DNA from: Octopus vulgaris
Taxonomy: Eukaryota
Assembly: GCA_951406725.2 (NCBI GenBank)
Contig: OX597832.1
Location: 55,304,001 to 55,368,000 of the forward strand
DNA: 64,000 nucleotides
Direction: 5' to 3'
The position numbers were made by a program, and so were the translations under genes. Below are positions 38,001 to 51,609 of this stretch, one piece after another. Within the stretch, counting starts at the first letter, position 1. The number at the start of each line of letters is the position of its first letter. The notes beneath the pieces were generated by a model. That model worked only from the letters and a program-made list of their open reading frames with translations, had not been told where the DNA came from and did not search any database.

Positions 38001-39557
38001 CATTCTACATTCTTAGAACGACGAGGCATTGTTATGTCGATGTTAATGAAAGACCGACCGAATTTACATTACTCTAGATTCCATTCTTCACTCGTTCATT
38101 CATTAACAGGTACGTTCATTCTTTCAGACGCGTTGGCAGAAGTTATTCCAGCTCTTTTGATCAGCAGAACGAAACAATTTACTTTCGCTTACACGTCAAC
38201 ATAACGCACATACACACACAAACACCCACACATAAGCTCATTGCTGTTGAAGACAAATAAATAAATGAACAGCGGTAAATATAAATAAAATAGAGAAAAG
38301 ACAGAGCAATGTGGGTTAGGTAAGGTTTCAGATTGCCAAATACACTTGGGGTATTTTTATGCACTCAAAAACAAATCTTTCTAAACCGTTACAAGATCAG
38401 CAGCTGTCTTTTACAACCGAAAAGAGAGAAAAAAAAAAGACAAACAAACAAAAAAAGCAGAGAGAGAGAGAGAGAGAGAAGCCGTTCGGTGATGCATTCG
38501 AAACTGCTATCTGACTTAGAGTATCACCTCATAAACAGTTACATTGTTTTTACATGTCACTCGATAGCCTTGCTTCACACAAAAAGCTTCTTGCTTACGA
38601 TCTAGTTTCTTTTCCTTTTTTTTTCATTTTTATTTTACGTTTAGCTTTAGCTCAATATCACATACACACACGGAGTTACAGACATACTTATTTGCATGTT
38701 TGTGTTATCTAGATTTCTTTTGTCTTGCTTACAAGATATATATATGTGTGTTATTTCATAATTCAATCTATGTAAAGTTCAGTGTTTTGTTAATAATACT
38801 AATACTTCGAGTATGAGTTGCTCATATTCAATTTTTTTAAATTCTTATCTTTTCGCATGTTGTTAGGTGCATTAGTGTCAGTATGAGCTGGTTATTATTA
38901 TTATCATTCATATCTCATTTTGTGTGACGTCAATTTTCAATTGACTTCTAATCTCTACAGTAAGCCGCGTCTTTCCGTATGGATGTTGCTTCCTTTCCTC
39001 CCTTCGGATGAATACTTAAGATTATATATTAAGGCCTTAAACCATTTTTCTCCTAATATTTTCAAGTTTTATTGTTTGTGTATGTATGTGTTTGTGCGCG
39101 CTGTTTTGCACAATATTAAAGGTACATTTTCAGTCTCCAGATAATATTTGTGTATGTTCACCAATGTAGGTTAAGTTACGATTTGAGCAACAATTACTAA
39201 AACAGCTGACTTTGTATATATATATATATATATATATGTTGGTTATTTCAGCATGAGTTTTCTTTTTCCTTTTCTTTGCTTTCCTTTTTTCTCTCTTTTC
39301 GAAAAAATTTAATATTCGTTCGTAGTTTTGGTGTTATCGCTATCTCTTGCAGAAGTTTCATTTGCGTGAAGCCGTCTTCTTTCAATTGATATAACATCAA
39401 AGCGCCAGTTTTAGGCACGCTCTACTTCGTAGCGTTGAATATTCTTGCATTGGACACGCACCATTACCACGACCAAAAAGTAAATTGTAATTATTATAAA
39501 ATGGTACGAACTAAAACGAAATTCGGTGTTTAGAATGTGTTTTGATGAAAAGTCCCC

Positions 39558-39606
<49 letters not shown>

Positions 39607-39609
<3 letters not shown>

Positions 39610-39991
39610 TTTACTCTTTTACTTGTTTCAGTCATTTGACTGCGGCCATGCGGGAGCACTGCCTTTAGTCGAGCAAATCGACCCCAGGACTTATTCTTTG
39701 TAAGGCTACTACTTATTCTATCGGTCTCTTTTGCCGAACCGCTAAGTTACGGGTACATAAACACACCACCATCGGTTGTCAAGCGATGTTGGGGGCACAA
39801 ACGCAGACACACAAACACACACACACATATATACATATACACGACGGGCTTCTTTCGGTTTCCGTCTACCAAATCCATTCACAAGGTTTTGGTCGGCCCG
39901 AGGCTCAAGTAGAAGACACTTGCCCGAGGTGCCACGCAGTGGGACTGAACCCAGAACCATGTGGTTGGTACACACAGCCACTCCTACGCCT
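39607..39991 (-). mobile_element. SINE family A copy
   Basis: Full-length reverse copy, head-to-head with the copy at 40103. Confidence 0.85.
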
Positions 39992-40102
39992 ATATTTGCT
40001 TTATTTTATGCATTTCGTGCCTCATCGTGGAAGTGAAAAGGGCGCAATCGTAGTCTTCAGGAAATTGGAAATCTTGAATTTGGAATGAAAGTAAAATATT
40101 TT

Positions 40103-40465
40103 GTAAGTAGCTTGCTTACCAACCACATGGTACCGGGTTCATTCCCACTGTGTGGCACCTTGGGTAAGTGTCTTCTACTATAGCCTCGGGCCGACCAAAG
40201 CCTTGTGAGTGGATTTGGTAGACGGAAACTGAAAGAAGCCCGTCGTATATATGTATATATATATGTGTGTGTGTGTTTGTGTGTCTGTATTGCTTGACAA
40301 CCGATGCTGGTGTTTATGTCCCCGTTACCTAGCGGTTCGGCAAAAAGAGACCGATATAATAAGTACTAGGCTTACAAAGAATAAGTCTTAGGGTCGATTT
40401 GCTCGACTAAAAAAGGTGGTGCTCCAGCATGGCCACAGTCAAATGACTGAAACAAGTAAAAGAGT
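40103..40465 (+). mobile_element. SINE family A copy (5' truncated by about 20 nt)
   Basis: Starts at gtaagtagcttgc and ends aaacaagtaaaagagta. Confidence 0.85.
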
Positions 40466-41691
40466 AATACGTTAATGACATGCTGGCTGGTTTGTTGATT
40501 GGCTCACGGAAGAGAGAGAGAGAGAGATGTAGGAGTCGAAGGGGACATATATATATATATAGACAGGCGAAAAGAGAAATTGAGAAATAATTCGATCCTA
40601 TTAAGCAGATATGTGTTGCCTGTAGAGCTGACAGATATGGGAGACTGTTTTTTTTTAATTTTTGTTTTAATTTTTTTTTGTTTAATAACATTACTAATTG
40701 TTGACTCTGCATATTTTCAACGTTGATCATTTTTCCGCAGGGTCGTTCGGTCGGCTGGCTGGCTGTCTGGCTGGTTGATCGGTTGGTTAGTGGGTGGGAT
40801 AGGGGTGGGGGGAATTTCTAAAATAAAAGAGCGTCGGCTTAAAAATCAACAAAAAAAAAAGTATATCCTTTACGTAACAAAAACAAACGAAAAATACTCA
40901 GCTATTTCCTACACACACACACACACACACTTGATACTATCGTTTCTTCCTCCCCCCCTCTCTCTCCCCTAATCATACCCCGGTTTCCCTCTATCACTTC
41001 GTTCTCCAGTTTATGGTGTTGTACCGTTTAATCCAACACTCATACCCTCCCCTCCCCCTCCCTTTTCATCCCCCCCCCCGCCGACATTCATCCGATACGT
41101 TTCTTCCCATTTTACCTCTCAGCTTCCCCTTTCCACTGCGTCACCTACTCTCCTTCTTCCTCCTCCTCCTCTCTCCTCCTCCTTCCTCCTTATCTAACTA
41201 TGTCGATCTTTCAATTTACTTTTTTTTTATTCCATCATTATCATCTTAATGTTTTTTGGGTTTTTTTTTGTCATTTTTTTTTTGTTTTTTTTTTGTCAGC
41301 CACACACAAAACAAAAAAAAATTATTTAAAAAAAATGTAATAAACCAACATTTCTTCGCTTCGCTTCCTGCAGTTTCCTCTCATTATTATTATCATCATC
41401 ATCGTCGTCATCGTCATCGTCATCGCAGCTGCTGCTGTTTTTTCGTCGCATTCGTCGTCTTGTCTTACGTCTAGTAAAATATCTCCCGATATTTATCCTT
41501 TTTCTTCTGTTACTCCTTCGTCATCGTCGTGTTTCTTTCTTTCTTCTTCTCCTTCTTCTTCCCCCGTCGCCATCCCTCAATGTTATGCACACACACACAC
41601 ACACACCGTCTGATCCTAAGAGGACGATCAATAACTCTTCATTTTCTCGCATCGTAACATCACAAACTCTCTCCTTTTAAACGCATTGGCA

Positions 41692-41698
41692 CTCTGTC

Positions 41699-41729
<31 letters not shown>

Positions 41730-41898
41730 GTCTCTGTCTCTCTCTCTCTCTGTCACTCTCTCTCTCTGTCTCTGTCTTTCACTCTCTGTCTCTGTTTTTC
41801 TCTCTCTGTCTCTGTCTTTCTCTGTCTGTCTCTCTTTCTCTCTCTCTTTCTCTTTCTCTCTCTCCCTCTTTCTCTCTCTCTCTCTTTCTCTCTTTCTT

Positions 41899-41993
<95 letters not shown>
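41692..41993. repeat. (CT)n/(CTCTGT)n plus (TA)n microsatellite
   Basis: Direct reading. Confidence 0.95.
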
Positions 41994-43026
41994 GTAATCT
42001 CTTGAAGACACCCTTGCTACCTCTCTTGTTCTCTCAGTATGTCAGTCTCTCCTTCTCTGCTGTTTCCTCTTTCTCTCCTCCCCCACTTCTTCCCTAATGC
42101 GACTCACGTCATTCACCATCTCCTCTCCTCCACCATACCCCCCCCCCCAAAAAAAAAAACTCCACTCCTCCCTCCCTTCTTTTCTCTTGCTGTAATATTT
42201 CCTTTCGCTTCTTCTGCTTTTTTTTTTCTTCCTTCTTGTTCTTTCTCCCAGTCTACCATTGCGGCAAATTCTTCTTTAATCCATTCCACCTCCTCTCTCG
42301 CCATTCCACCCTACATTAGAAACCAAAGTAACACCGGCACCAACGACACCAGCCGCAATATGAAAATGTCTGTCTCTCTCTCTCTCTCTGGAGAAGAGAG
42401 AAGAGAGTTATTATGTAAATGATTGCTGTCTGTACCGATCGAACTAGTGACAATGCTTGTCGCATCCCCGCACCTTCTCAGATAAGAAACGGTTTCTTGT
42501 GGAAACTAATATGAAGAAATAAGCAAACGCTTTCCATTATTGCTAATGAAACATTTCTATCTGTCTGTCTATCTCTGCTTGTCTATTTGTCTATCTCTGT
42601 CTGCCTGTCTGGCTACCTCACTATCTAACTATCTATGCCAAGATATATACTCTTTACTCTTTTACTTGTTTCAGTCATTTGACTGCGGCCATGCTGGAGC
42701 ACCGCCTTTAGTCGAGCAAATCGACCCCGGGACTTATTCTTTGTAAGCCCAGTACTTATTCTATCGGTCTCTTTTGCCGAACCGCTAAGTGACGGAGACG
42801 TAGACACACCAGCATCGGTTGTCAAGCAATGCTAGGGGGACAAACACAGACACACAAACTTATATATATATACATATATACGACAGGCTTCTTTCAGTTT
42901 CCGTCTACCAAATCCACTCACAAGGCATTGGTCGGCCCGGGGCTATAGCAGAAGACACTTGCCCCAGATGCCACGCAGTGGGACTGAACCCGGAACCATG
43001 TGGTTGGTTTACCACACAGCCACTCC

Positions 43027-43059
<33 letters not shown>

Positions 43060-43192
43060 AGTATGTATGTATTCATACAGAGAGAGAGAGAAAGGAAAAT
43101 AGGTATGCACATAACATGCGCCTGTGTGTGTGTATGCATAGATAGATACAGAGAAATAGATAGATAGATGGACTGATTGATTGAAAGATAGA

Positions 43193-43633
43193 TAATTTCT
43201 TTATTGGCCACACAGGGCTAAACACAGAAGGGACAATTACAATGTAGAGTTTTTCTTTTCGAGCGGGGCGAAAGAAAAAAAAGCGGGTGGGGGGAGCAAT
43301 GATCAAAATGGATCGAAATCGTTGGGAATATATGCAAAAAATGTCGAAATAGTACAAAATGTTCCCAAGAAATGGGGAGGTTTATCTGTGGAAAGAAAAA
43401 CCTACGAAAAGACCACAGTAACCTCGGGCAATTATGCCACATATTAACATATTTATTTACAAATAAGTAACTCTCTGTATTAGATTTTTTTTTTTTTTGA
43501 TAGATAGATAAATAGATATGTTTCTTTATTAGCCACACGGGGCTGATCACAGAGGGGACAAATTACAAAGTAGAGCTTTTCTTTTTGAGGAGAAAAAGGA
43601 GGGGGTAGTTTTTCGATCAAAATGGATCGTAAT
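43193..43633 (-). mobile_element. Two tandem LINE-like 3'-end fragments embedded in (GATA)n
   Basis: On the minus strand both end ..agcccy gtgtggc(c/t)aataaagaaa followed by (TATC)n; shared block gatcaaaatggatcg. Confidence 0.55.
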
Positions 43634-44440
43634 ACTGATTGATAGATAGATAAATAGGTAGATGGACTGATAGATAGACAGACAGACAGATAGATAGATA
43701 AACAGTTGGATTGATAGATAAACTAACACTTGGATAGATGTGAGCGCACGAACACAAACCAGATTGAAATAGGGTAAAAAATGACACGAGGAAAATAAAG
43801 AACCCCCCCCCCCCTCTTCTATCTGATTCTATTCCAGTTGGATCTACCCGAATAATCCATTCACCAGTTCTTTGACGGAAATTTCTCATGATTTCTTAAT
43901 TAGTTCCCTTATCTACCTCTCTAACTTATTCGACACTGAGAGAAAAAAAAGAATGATTTAGGCGACTCCATCTTAACATATTATTATTATTATATTGCAT
44001 TGTAACTTTCGTCCCTTTATGTTATAATTAATTATTTTCAGCTCTTGTGGCCAATAAAAGAATTAATTATTATTATTATTGCAGAATGGCTAGCACCCCG
44101 GACAAAATGCACAGCGGCTTTCTGTCCACTTTTACGCACCTAGTTCAAATTCCGCCGAGGTCGACTTTGCCTTTCATCCTTTCGGGGTCGATAAATTAAG
44201 TATCAGTTACGCACTGGGGTCGATGTAATCGAATTAATCCGTTTGTCTGTCCTTGTTTGTCCTCTCTGTGTTTAACCCCTTGTGGGTAGTAAAGAAATAG
44301 GTATTTCGTGCCTTTCATGCCTTTTAAAGGTTGATGTATTAAGTACCAGCCAAATACTTGAGGTTGGGATTAGGGTTAGGGTTAACTTGCTCGCTCCCCA
44401 CAAATTTTGGGGGTCTCGTGCCTGTTTTTGTTGGTGGTTA

Positions 44441-44984
44441 TTGTATTCCATTGCTACGCCTGACATGATCGAGCTGGCATTCAATATAGAAAGCGTTCCA
44501 ATCATGACCTTCCTGACATTATCTTTGACAGGCATCTTCTACACCATTCGATGTGCACCTTAACCAACACCCAAAAGTAACCCCCTATTTTTTCGTATCT
44601 AACCCCTTTTCGTCTGGGTTTTTGTATTCTATTGCCACGCCTGACATGATCGAGCTGGCATTCAATATAGAAAGCGTTCCAATCATGACCTTCCTGTCAT
44701 TATCTTTGGCAGGCATCTTCCACACCATTCGATGTGCACCTTAACCAACACCCAAAAAGTAACCCCCTATTTTTTCGTATCTATCCCCTTTTCGTCTGGG
44801 TTTTTGTATTCCATTGCCACGCCTGACATGATCGAGCTGGCATTCAATATAGAAAGCATTCCAGCCATGACCTTCCTGTCATTATCTTTGGCAGGCATCT
44901 TCCACACCATTCGATGTGCACCTTAAACAACATCCAAAAGTAACCCTCTATTTTTGTTTTTGTATCTAACCCCTTTTCGTCTGG
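44441..44984. repeat. Tandem repeat, three copies of a 181-182-bp unit
   Basis: Units start ttgtatt at 44441, 44622 and 44804; each contains cctgacatgatcgagctggcattcaatatagaaagc. Confidence 0.92.
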
Positions 44985-45408
44985 TATTGACACCTCTCTA
45001 AGGGCAACGCCATCTTTTCAGTTTTCTTTTTTTTTTTTTCTTTTTGTTACTTCGCGGTTTCAAAATTGCTATGACGACGACGACGACGTGACATCTCTTT
45101 TCTATTAATGTCAGACATCATTAGACTTGTTTTTTTTTCTTTTTATTTGTTTCTAACCAAATTATTCATTAATGATATATCATATCGTCTCCTTTCCTCA
45201 TCTCTCTCTCTCCTCCCCACTCTCCTTCCCATCTCCCCCTTCCCCTCTCTTTTTCCCTACTGCCTCTCCATCTCTTCTCTCCTCTTCTTTTTCGAACTGC
45301 TGTTAAATTGGTGTGTAACTGTTCTTTCCTGCGTTTTAACAATCATTTATGCTTTTATCTTTATTTGTTGTTGTTATTATTATTATGATTATTATTATTA
45401 TTATTGTT

Positions 45409-46228
45409 AAGGCGGCGACATAGCAGAAACGTTAGCACGCCGGGCGAAATGCGTAGCCGTATTTAGCCTGCCGTTGCGTTCTGAGTTCAAATTCCGCCGA
45501 GGTCGACTTTGCCTTTCACCCTTTCGGGGTCGATAAATTAAGTTTCAGTTACGCACTGGGGTCGATGTAATCGACTTAATCCGTTTGTCTGTCCTTGTTT
45601 GTCTTTTCTGTGTTTAGCCCCTTGTGGGTAGTAAAGAAATAGGTATTTCGTCTGTCTTTACGTTCTGAGTTCAAATTCCGCCGAGGTCGACTTGGCCTTT
45701 CGTCCTTTCGAGGTCGATTAAATAAGTACCAGTTACGCACTGGGGTCGATGTAATCGACTTAATCCGTTTGTCTGTCCTTGTTTGTCCTCTCTGTTTAGC
45801 CCCTTGTGGGTAGTAAAGAAATAGGTATTTCGTCTTTCTTTACGTTCTGAGTTCAAATTCCGGCGAGGTCGACTTTGCCTTTCATCCTTTCGGGGTCGAT
45901 AAATCAAGTACCAGTTGCGTACTGGAGTCAATCTAATCTACTGGGTCCCTCCCCACAAATTTCAGGCCTTGTACCTATAGTAGAAAGGATTATTATTATT
46001 ATTAAGGCGGCGAGCTCGCAGAATCGTTTTGCACACCGGACGAAATGCTTAGCAGTATTTCGTATGCCGTTACGTTCAGAGTTCAAATTTCGCCGAGGTC
46101 GACTTTGCCTTTCGTCCTTTCGGAGTCGATAAATTAAGTATCAGTTGCGTACTGAGGTCTATCTAATTGACTGGCCCCTTCCCCCAAAATTTCGGGCTTT
46201 GTGCCTAGAGTAAAGATTATTATTATTG
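45409..46228 (+). mobile_element. Array of four SINE family C units
   Basis: One full unit, two head-less units (junctions aaagaaataggtatttcg near 45641 and 45823, 182 bp apart), then another full unit with an (ATT)n tail. Confidence 0.85.
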
Positions 46229-46965
46229 TGAAGGCGCGTGGCCTAGTAGTTTAGGTGTTGCACACACGATCTGTAGATCGTGAGTTCGATTCCCTGACCG
46301 AACGGCACGTTGTGTTCTTGAACAAAATTCTTCGTTTCATGTTGGTGTGTTATCGACGTTTTTATATACCGAATTCAATCTTCATTCGCAAGGCATTTAT
46401 CGGCATACAGCTGTTGTGGATGTCACTTATGATCACCACCATCTCTTGACAATCGATGCTGGTGTGTTTACGTCCCCGTGACTTAGCGGTTTGGCAAAAA
46501 GTATCGATAGAATAAGCCGACTACTTCTAGGGTCGATTCATTTGACTAAAGGCGGTGCTCCAGCATGGCCGTAGTCAAATAACTGAAACAAGTAAAACAA
46601 TATATCTGTACAGAAACGATGAAGAAAACTTAGAGTTCTATACGTCAATCGGGAAAAGATTCCTTTCTTGTTAACGTCTCCTCCTAACAGAAGCTAAAGC
46701 CTTTTTGATTGGTTTATGAGAAACACACACACAAATAAACAAAATCCTCCTATGAATACTCTTTAAACTGTAAACTATTTTTTCTAAATAAGAATTGTCT
46801 AACTTCGTAAAATGTTTCATTTAGCTTAATGTATTATTTGCCTCGAGTTATGCCATGCTGGCGATTTCAAATAAGACTGAAATAGTGCAATGCATAGAAA
46901 CCTAATGTGTAGGAAAAAAGAACATTTAAATGTATGAATTCTGTATACCGTCTTCTTTACTCTTA

Positions 46966-47177
46966 CCGTATTTTCCGGCATACAAGTCGAAGTTTTAAAA
47001 CCAAAATTTACAGCAAAAATTGTAGGTCAGTTTACACACGAAACCATCTTTAGCGGAACAAAGTTTCCATGTGGAATACCCCAGGATCTAGAAAAACAGC
47101 GACGACATTTGAACGCTTATACCTCATTTTACACTACACATATATATTATTTCGTACTTGTATGCTAGAAAATACGG
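46966..47177. mobile_element. Tc1/mariner-pogo type MITE, 212 bp, TA target-site duplication
   Basis: TA|ccgtattttccggcatacaagt ... acttgtatgctagaaaatacgg|TA: ~22-bp TIRs with 2 mismatches. Confidence 0.8.
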
Positions 47178-47875
47178 TAAATTTCTAACTTCCAAACCAG
47201 CCTCAACCGAACTTAACCTAGAAGGGATTGTCTCTCCTGTTGGGAGTACACCACACGGTTAAATATTTCTTGTACGCCACATTTATGCGTAGTAACATTT
47301 ATTTTAACTCTGATACTAATCTTTATTTGCTTAGATATTATAGCTATACCGGCTTATTGTCTTATCGTAGCACCAGTCAGTAGCTAATAACACATAAGAT
47401 GGGAGTAGAGTCAAGACGCAAATAGATAATGTTAATGTTTACAAAGCATGTATATATACATATACGCACTGTATTTTTGTGTGTTGGTGTGCGTGTCTGT
47501 ATGTGTTTATACAACTGCGTTATCTGCGTGGGGGGTGAATGACATTTTTATATTGAGAATCGATGTGCTACAAAACGTAACTGTATTATAACGGATGCAA
47601 CATGGCACTCGCTCACACACATACAGACTCTCTCTCACACACACACATACAGACACACACACACACACACACACATACAGATTCTCACACACACACACTC
47701 TCTCTCTCGTTTTTTTTTAGCCACAGACGCATGAACTTTCGTAACGTAAAAGGTACCAATTAAAAGGTGATCGAGCGATTATTGACTTTACGTTGTGTTG
47801 GAGGTGAATTACTTGACGCTTGTTAGAGGTGACAGAACGGAAATTGTAGTGTTCATCTTCCCACCATCATCGTCT

Positions 47876-47911
<36 letters not shown>

Positions 47912-48212
47912 ACAGTAGTAGTAGTAGAGCAAATAAATGAATCATATCGTGAAAGACCTACAAATTAAAACCGGATGCGGACACAATTCATTAGAAACGT
48001 CTTATACATGCTCTCTTTCATTTACTCTTTTACTTGTTTCAGTTATTTGACTGTGGCCATGCTGGAGCACTGCCTTTCAGATCGAGCAAATCGACCCCAG
48101 GACTTATTCTTTGTAAGCCTAGTACTTATTCTATCGGTTCCTTTTGCCGAACCGCTAAGTTACAGGGACGTAAACACATACCAGCATCGGTTGTCAAGCA
48201 ATGTTGGGAAGA

Positions 48213-48302
<90 letters not shown>

Positions 48303-49701
48303 CGACGGGCTTCTTTCAGTTTCCGTCTACCAAATCCACTTAAGGCTTTGGTCGGCCCGAGGCTATAGTAGAAGACACTTGCCCAAGGTGCCACGCAGTG
48401 GGACTGATCCCGGAACAATGTGGTTCATAAGCAAGCTACTTACCACACAGCCACTCTTGCGTCTATGTGCATATATATGAGTCTGTGTGTGTATATATAT
48501 GTGTGTGTGTGTGTATATATATACATGTGTGTATATATATATAATATAATAAATAAATAAAATACATGCATATATACATATATATATGTACATACTTACA
48601 TCTACATGTATATATATACATGCATATATATATATATATATATATATGCATGTATATATACATGTAGATGTAAGTATGTACATATATGCATGTATATATA
48701 CATGTAGATGTAAGTATGTACATATATGTATGTATATATGCATATATTTTATTTTATTTATTATATTATATGACCGAACGCACGCGTTATTTCTCTATTT
48801 CTCTTCTCCAAGTAAGTTTATATATATGTATATATGTGAGTATCTGTGTGTGACCCCATAACTTTGATGTAAAGATCGCTGGTGTATTAAAACAGTAGAA
48901 ACCCCAGTCTGTTACAAAAGCCAGACTCTCCAAGGAGTATCCCCACGCGTCTTCGCATCACACTCTCCAATTAACAACACACTATAACAATATCTGCTCG
49001 TCATTAACTGGAGTTGAATTTTCTCCTCGCCTTCGCCACCCATCATGTCCCCTTAATTAAATTACTGACTCTCGTTTCTGTCATTTCGTTTCGCCTTTTT
49101 TCCTTTTTTTCATTTTGCTTTAATTTCATCTTTTAGATATACCCTACTTTAATCTCATTATGTAGGCCTTTGTTGTTTTAGGCGCGGCGGCTTGATAAAG
49201 GAATAATGTGACATTGTTGTGTTTTTTTTCTTTTTTTTTTTATCGTTATATTTTTATGAATACTACTATTGTCGTTGTTGTTGTTCTTCTTCTTGTTGAA
49301 CTTAGATAAACTCACGATAAATTGTACCGTCGGTGCAATATCATTATTTAATGTCTTGCTCACGTGACTGCAATTGTGAAAAATTGTGCATTCTTACAAT
49401 ATAAGTAGACGGAGGCTCTTATCTCTAATTGCCCAAAACCTGTTTCAAGTTAGATAGGGGGGAAAGGGAGGGCGGGGGGCGCAGTCAGTAAGTAACACAC
49501 ACAGCTTATGGTGTAGTGTACGAGCACTTAACTTACATCGCTGTTGTATCACCGAGTTTTCGCCAAATATTTCGAGATGGAACTCCTCTTCAACAACAAT
49601 CCAAGTGTTTAAAAAATCTCAGATTCTCAGATCAAACAATGACCACTTTGAGCAGATGTTTCCTGAAGTAAACTATTAATGCTTTTGGGGCATATTGCTT
49701 G

Positions 49702-49736
<35 letters not shown>

Positions 49737-50398
49737 CGGATATACTTTTATTGTTTTATTTGTTTCAGTCATTTGACTGTGGCCATACTAGAGCACCGCC
49801 TTTAGTCGAACAAATCGACCCCAGAATTCTTTGTAAGTCTAGTACTTATTCTACCGGTCTATATTGCCAAACCGCTAAGTTACGGGGACGTAAGCGCACC
49901 AACACACACACACACACATATATATATATACGCGGGCTTCTTTCAGTTTCCGTCTACCAAATCCACTCAGAAGGCTTTGGCGCAGGAGTGGCTGTGTGGT
50001 AAGTAGCTTGCTTACCAACCACATGGTTTCGGGTTCAGTCCCACTGCGTGGCACCTTGGGCAAGTGTTTTCTACTATAGCCGTGGGCCGACCAAAGCCTT
50101 GTCAGTGGATTTGGTAGACGGGAACTGAAAGAAGCCCATCGTATATATGTATGTGTGTATATATATGTATGCGTGTGTGTATGCGTTTGTCCCCCCGACA
50201 TTGCTTGACAACTGATGCTGGTGTGTTTACGTCGCCGTAACTTAGCGGTTCGGCAAAAGAAACCGATAGAATAAGTACAAGGCTTGCAAAGAATTAGTCC
50301 CAGGGTCGATTTGCTCGACTAAAGGCGGTGCTTCAGCATGGCCGCAGTCAAATTACTGAAACAAGTAACAACAAAAAAAGAGAATCGATAGATAGAAT

Positions 50399-50432
<34 letters not shown>

Positions 50433-50452
50433 GGTATTCATAGGTAGGTAGG

Positions 50453-50499
<47 letters not shown>

Positions 50500-50817
50500 G
50501 TGGACGTATCCACTCTTTTGATCACCGTAGAATCACAACAACAACAGAAACAGACAAACAACACAACAGCAGCAAATCTCAACGATTTCCAACAATACCA
50601 AAACATTCTGGTCTTTATCAAGATGTTCGTTATTTATTTAACTTCGCTATCTTATTAAGAATCGCCTCTCTACACAGCAATCTATTTTAAGACTTCTATC
50701 CTCGGTAATTGGACTTCGTTCGGCGGCCGTGTTTTTAGTGCCTGGAAAAAGAAAAGGAAGACGCGAATAACTACTGATCAGAGAGCGGCCATTTTTACTG
50801 CACTTATTGCTCTCGTA

Positions 50818-50849
<32 letters not shown>

Positions 50850-51241
50850 TTTATTCATTTATTTTTCTTTTCAATCGATCGGAAGATGGTTCGATATGTG
50901 TCTGGTTCTACTTTTGATAACAAATAATCAACAGCGGTTTTTTTTTTGTTCTTTTTTTTATTTTATTTTTACAATTGCTTTTTTTTTTCTTTTTTTTTTT
51001 GTTTTTTTTTTTTTTTAATGGCGATATACGTATCTATAACAACTATCTGTGTTTATCTGTGTGCCTGGCTAGAATGTTTGCATCGCAACCGCGTGGTTCC
51101 GGGTTCCAGCCTTACTGCCCGGCACCGTGGGTAAGTGACTTCTGCTAAAGCCTCGGCCTGACCAAAGCCTTGTGAGTGGACTTTACTGACGGAAACTGAA
51201 AGAAGCCCGTCTCTCTCTCTCTCTCTCTCTCTTTCTATCTT

Positions 51242-51314
<73 letters not shown>

Positions 51315-51609
51315 TGTAGTTTTGGGACGGTCACTTTTTTGTGCCAAATAAACACGCGCACTGTATATTCGTTCTTCACTCGTTTATTGCTGTTCTGATT
51401 CTGACTCGTGTCCATCGTCCGGAAATCTTCGAAATACAGGTACAACAGAAACAGGAGGAAAGAGTGAGAGAATATTGTGGTGAAAGAGTACGGCAGGGTT
51501 CGCCACCAACCGCTACCGGAGCGTCGTGGAGCTTTAGGTGGGAGATCGAAACCGCAAGTCCGCTGCCCTAACCACTGGGCCATTGCGTCTATATATATAT
51601 AGTAGGGTG

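Noticed and set aside
44441-46228. CRISPR-like or other prokaryotic repeat-spacer array
   Set aside because: The units are whole-length tandem copies without unique spacers, there are no cas genes, and the context is a eukaryotic intron.
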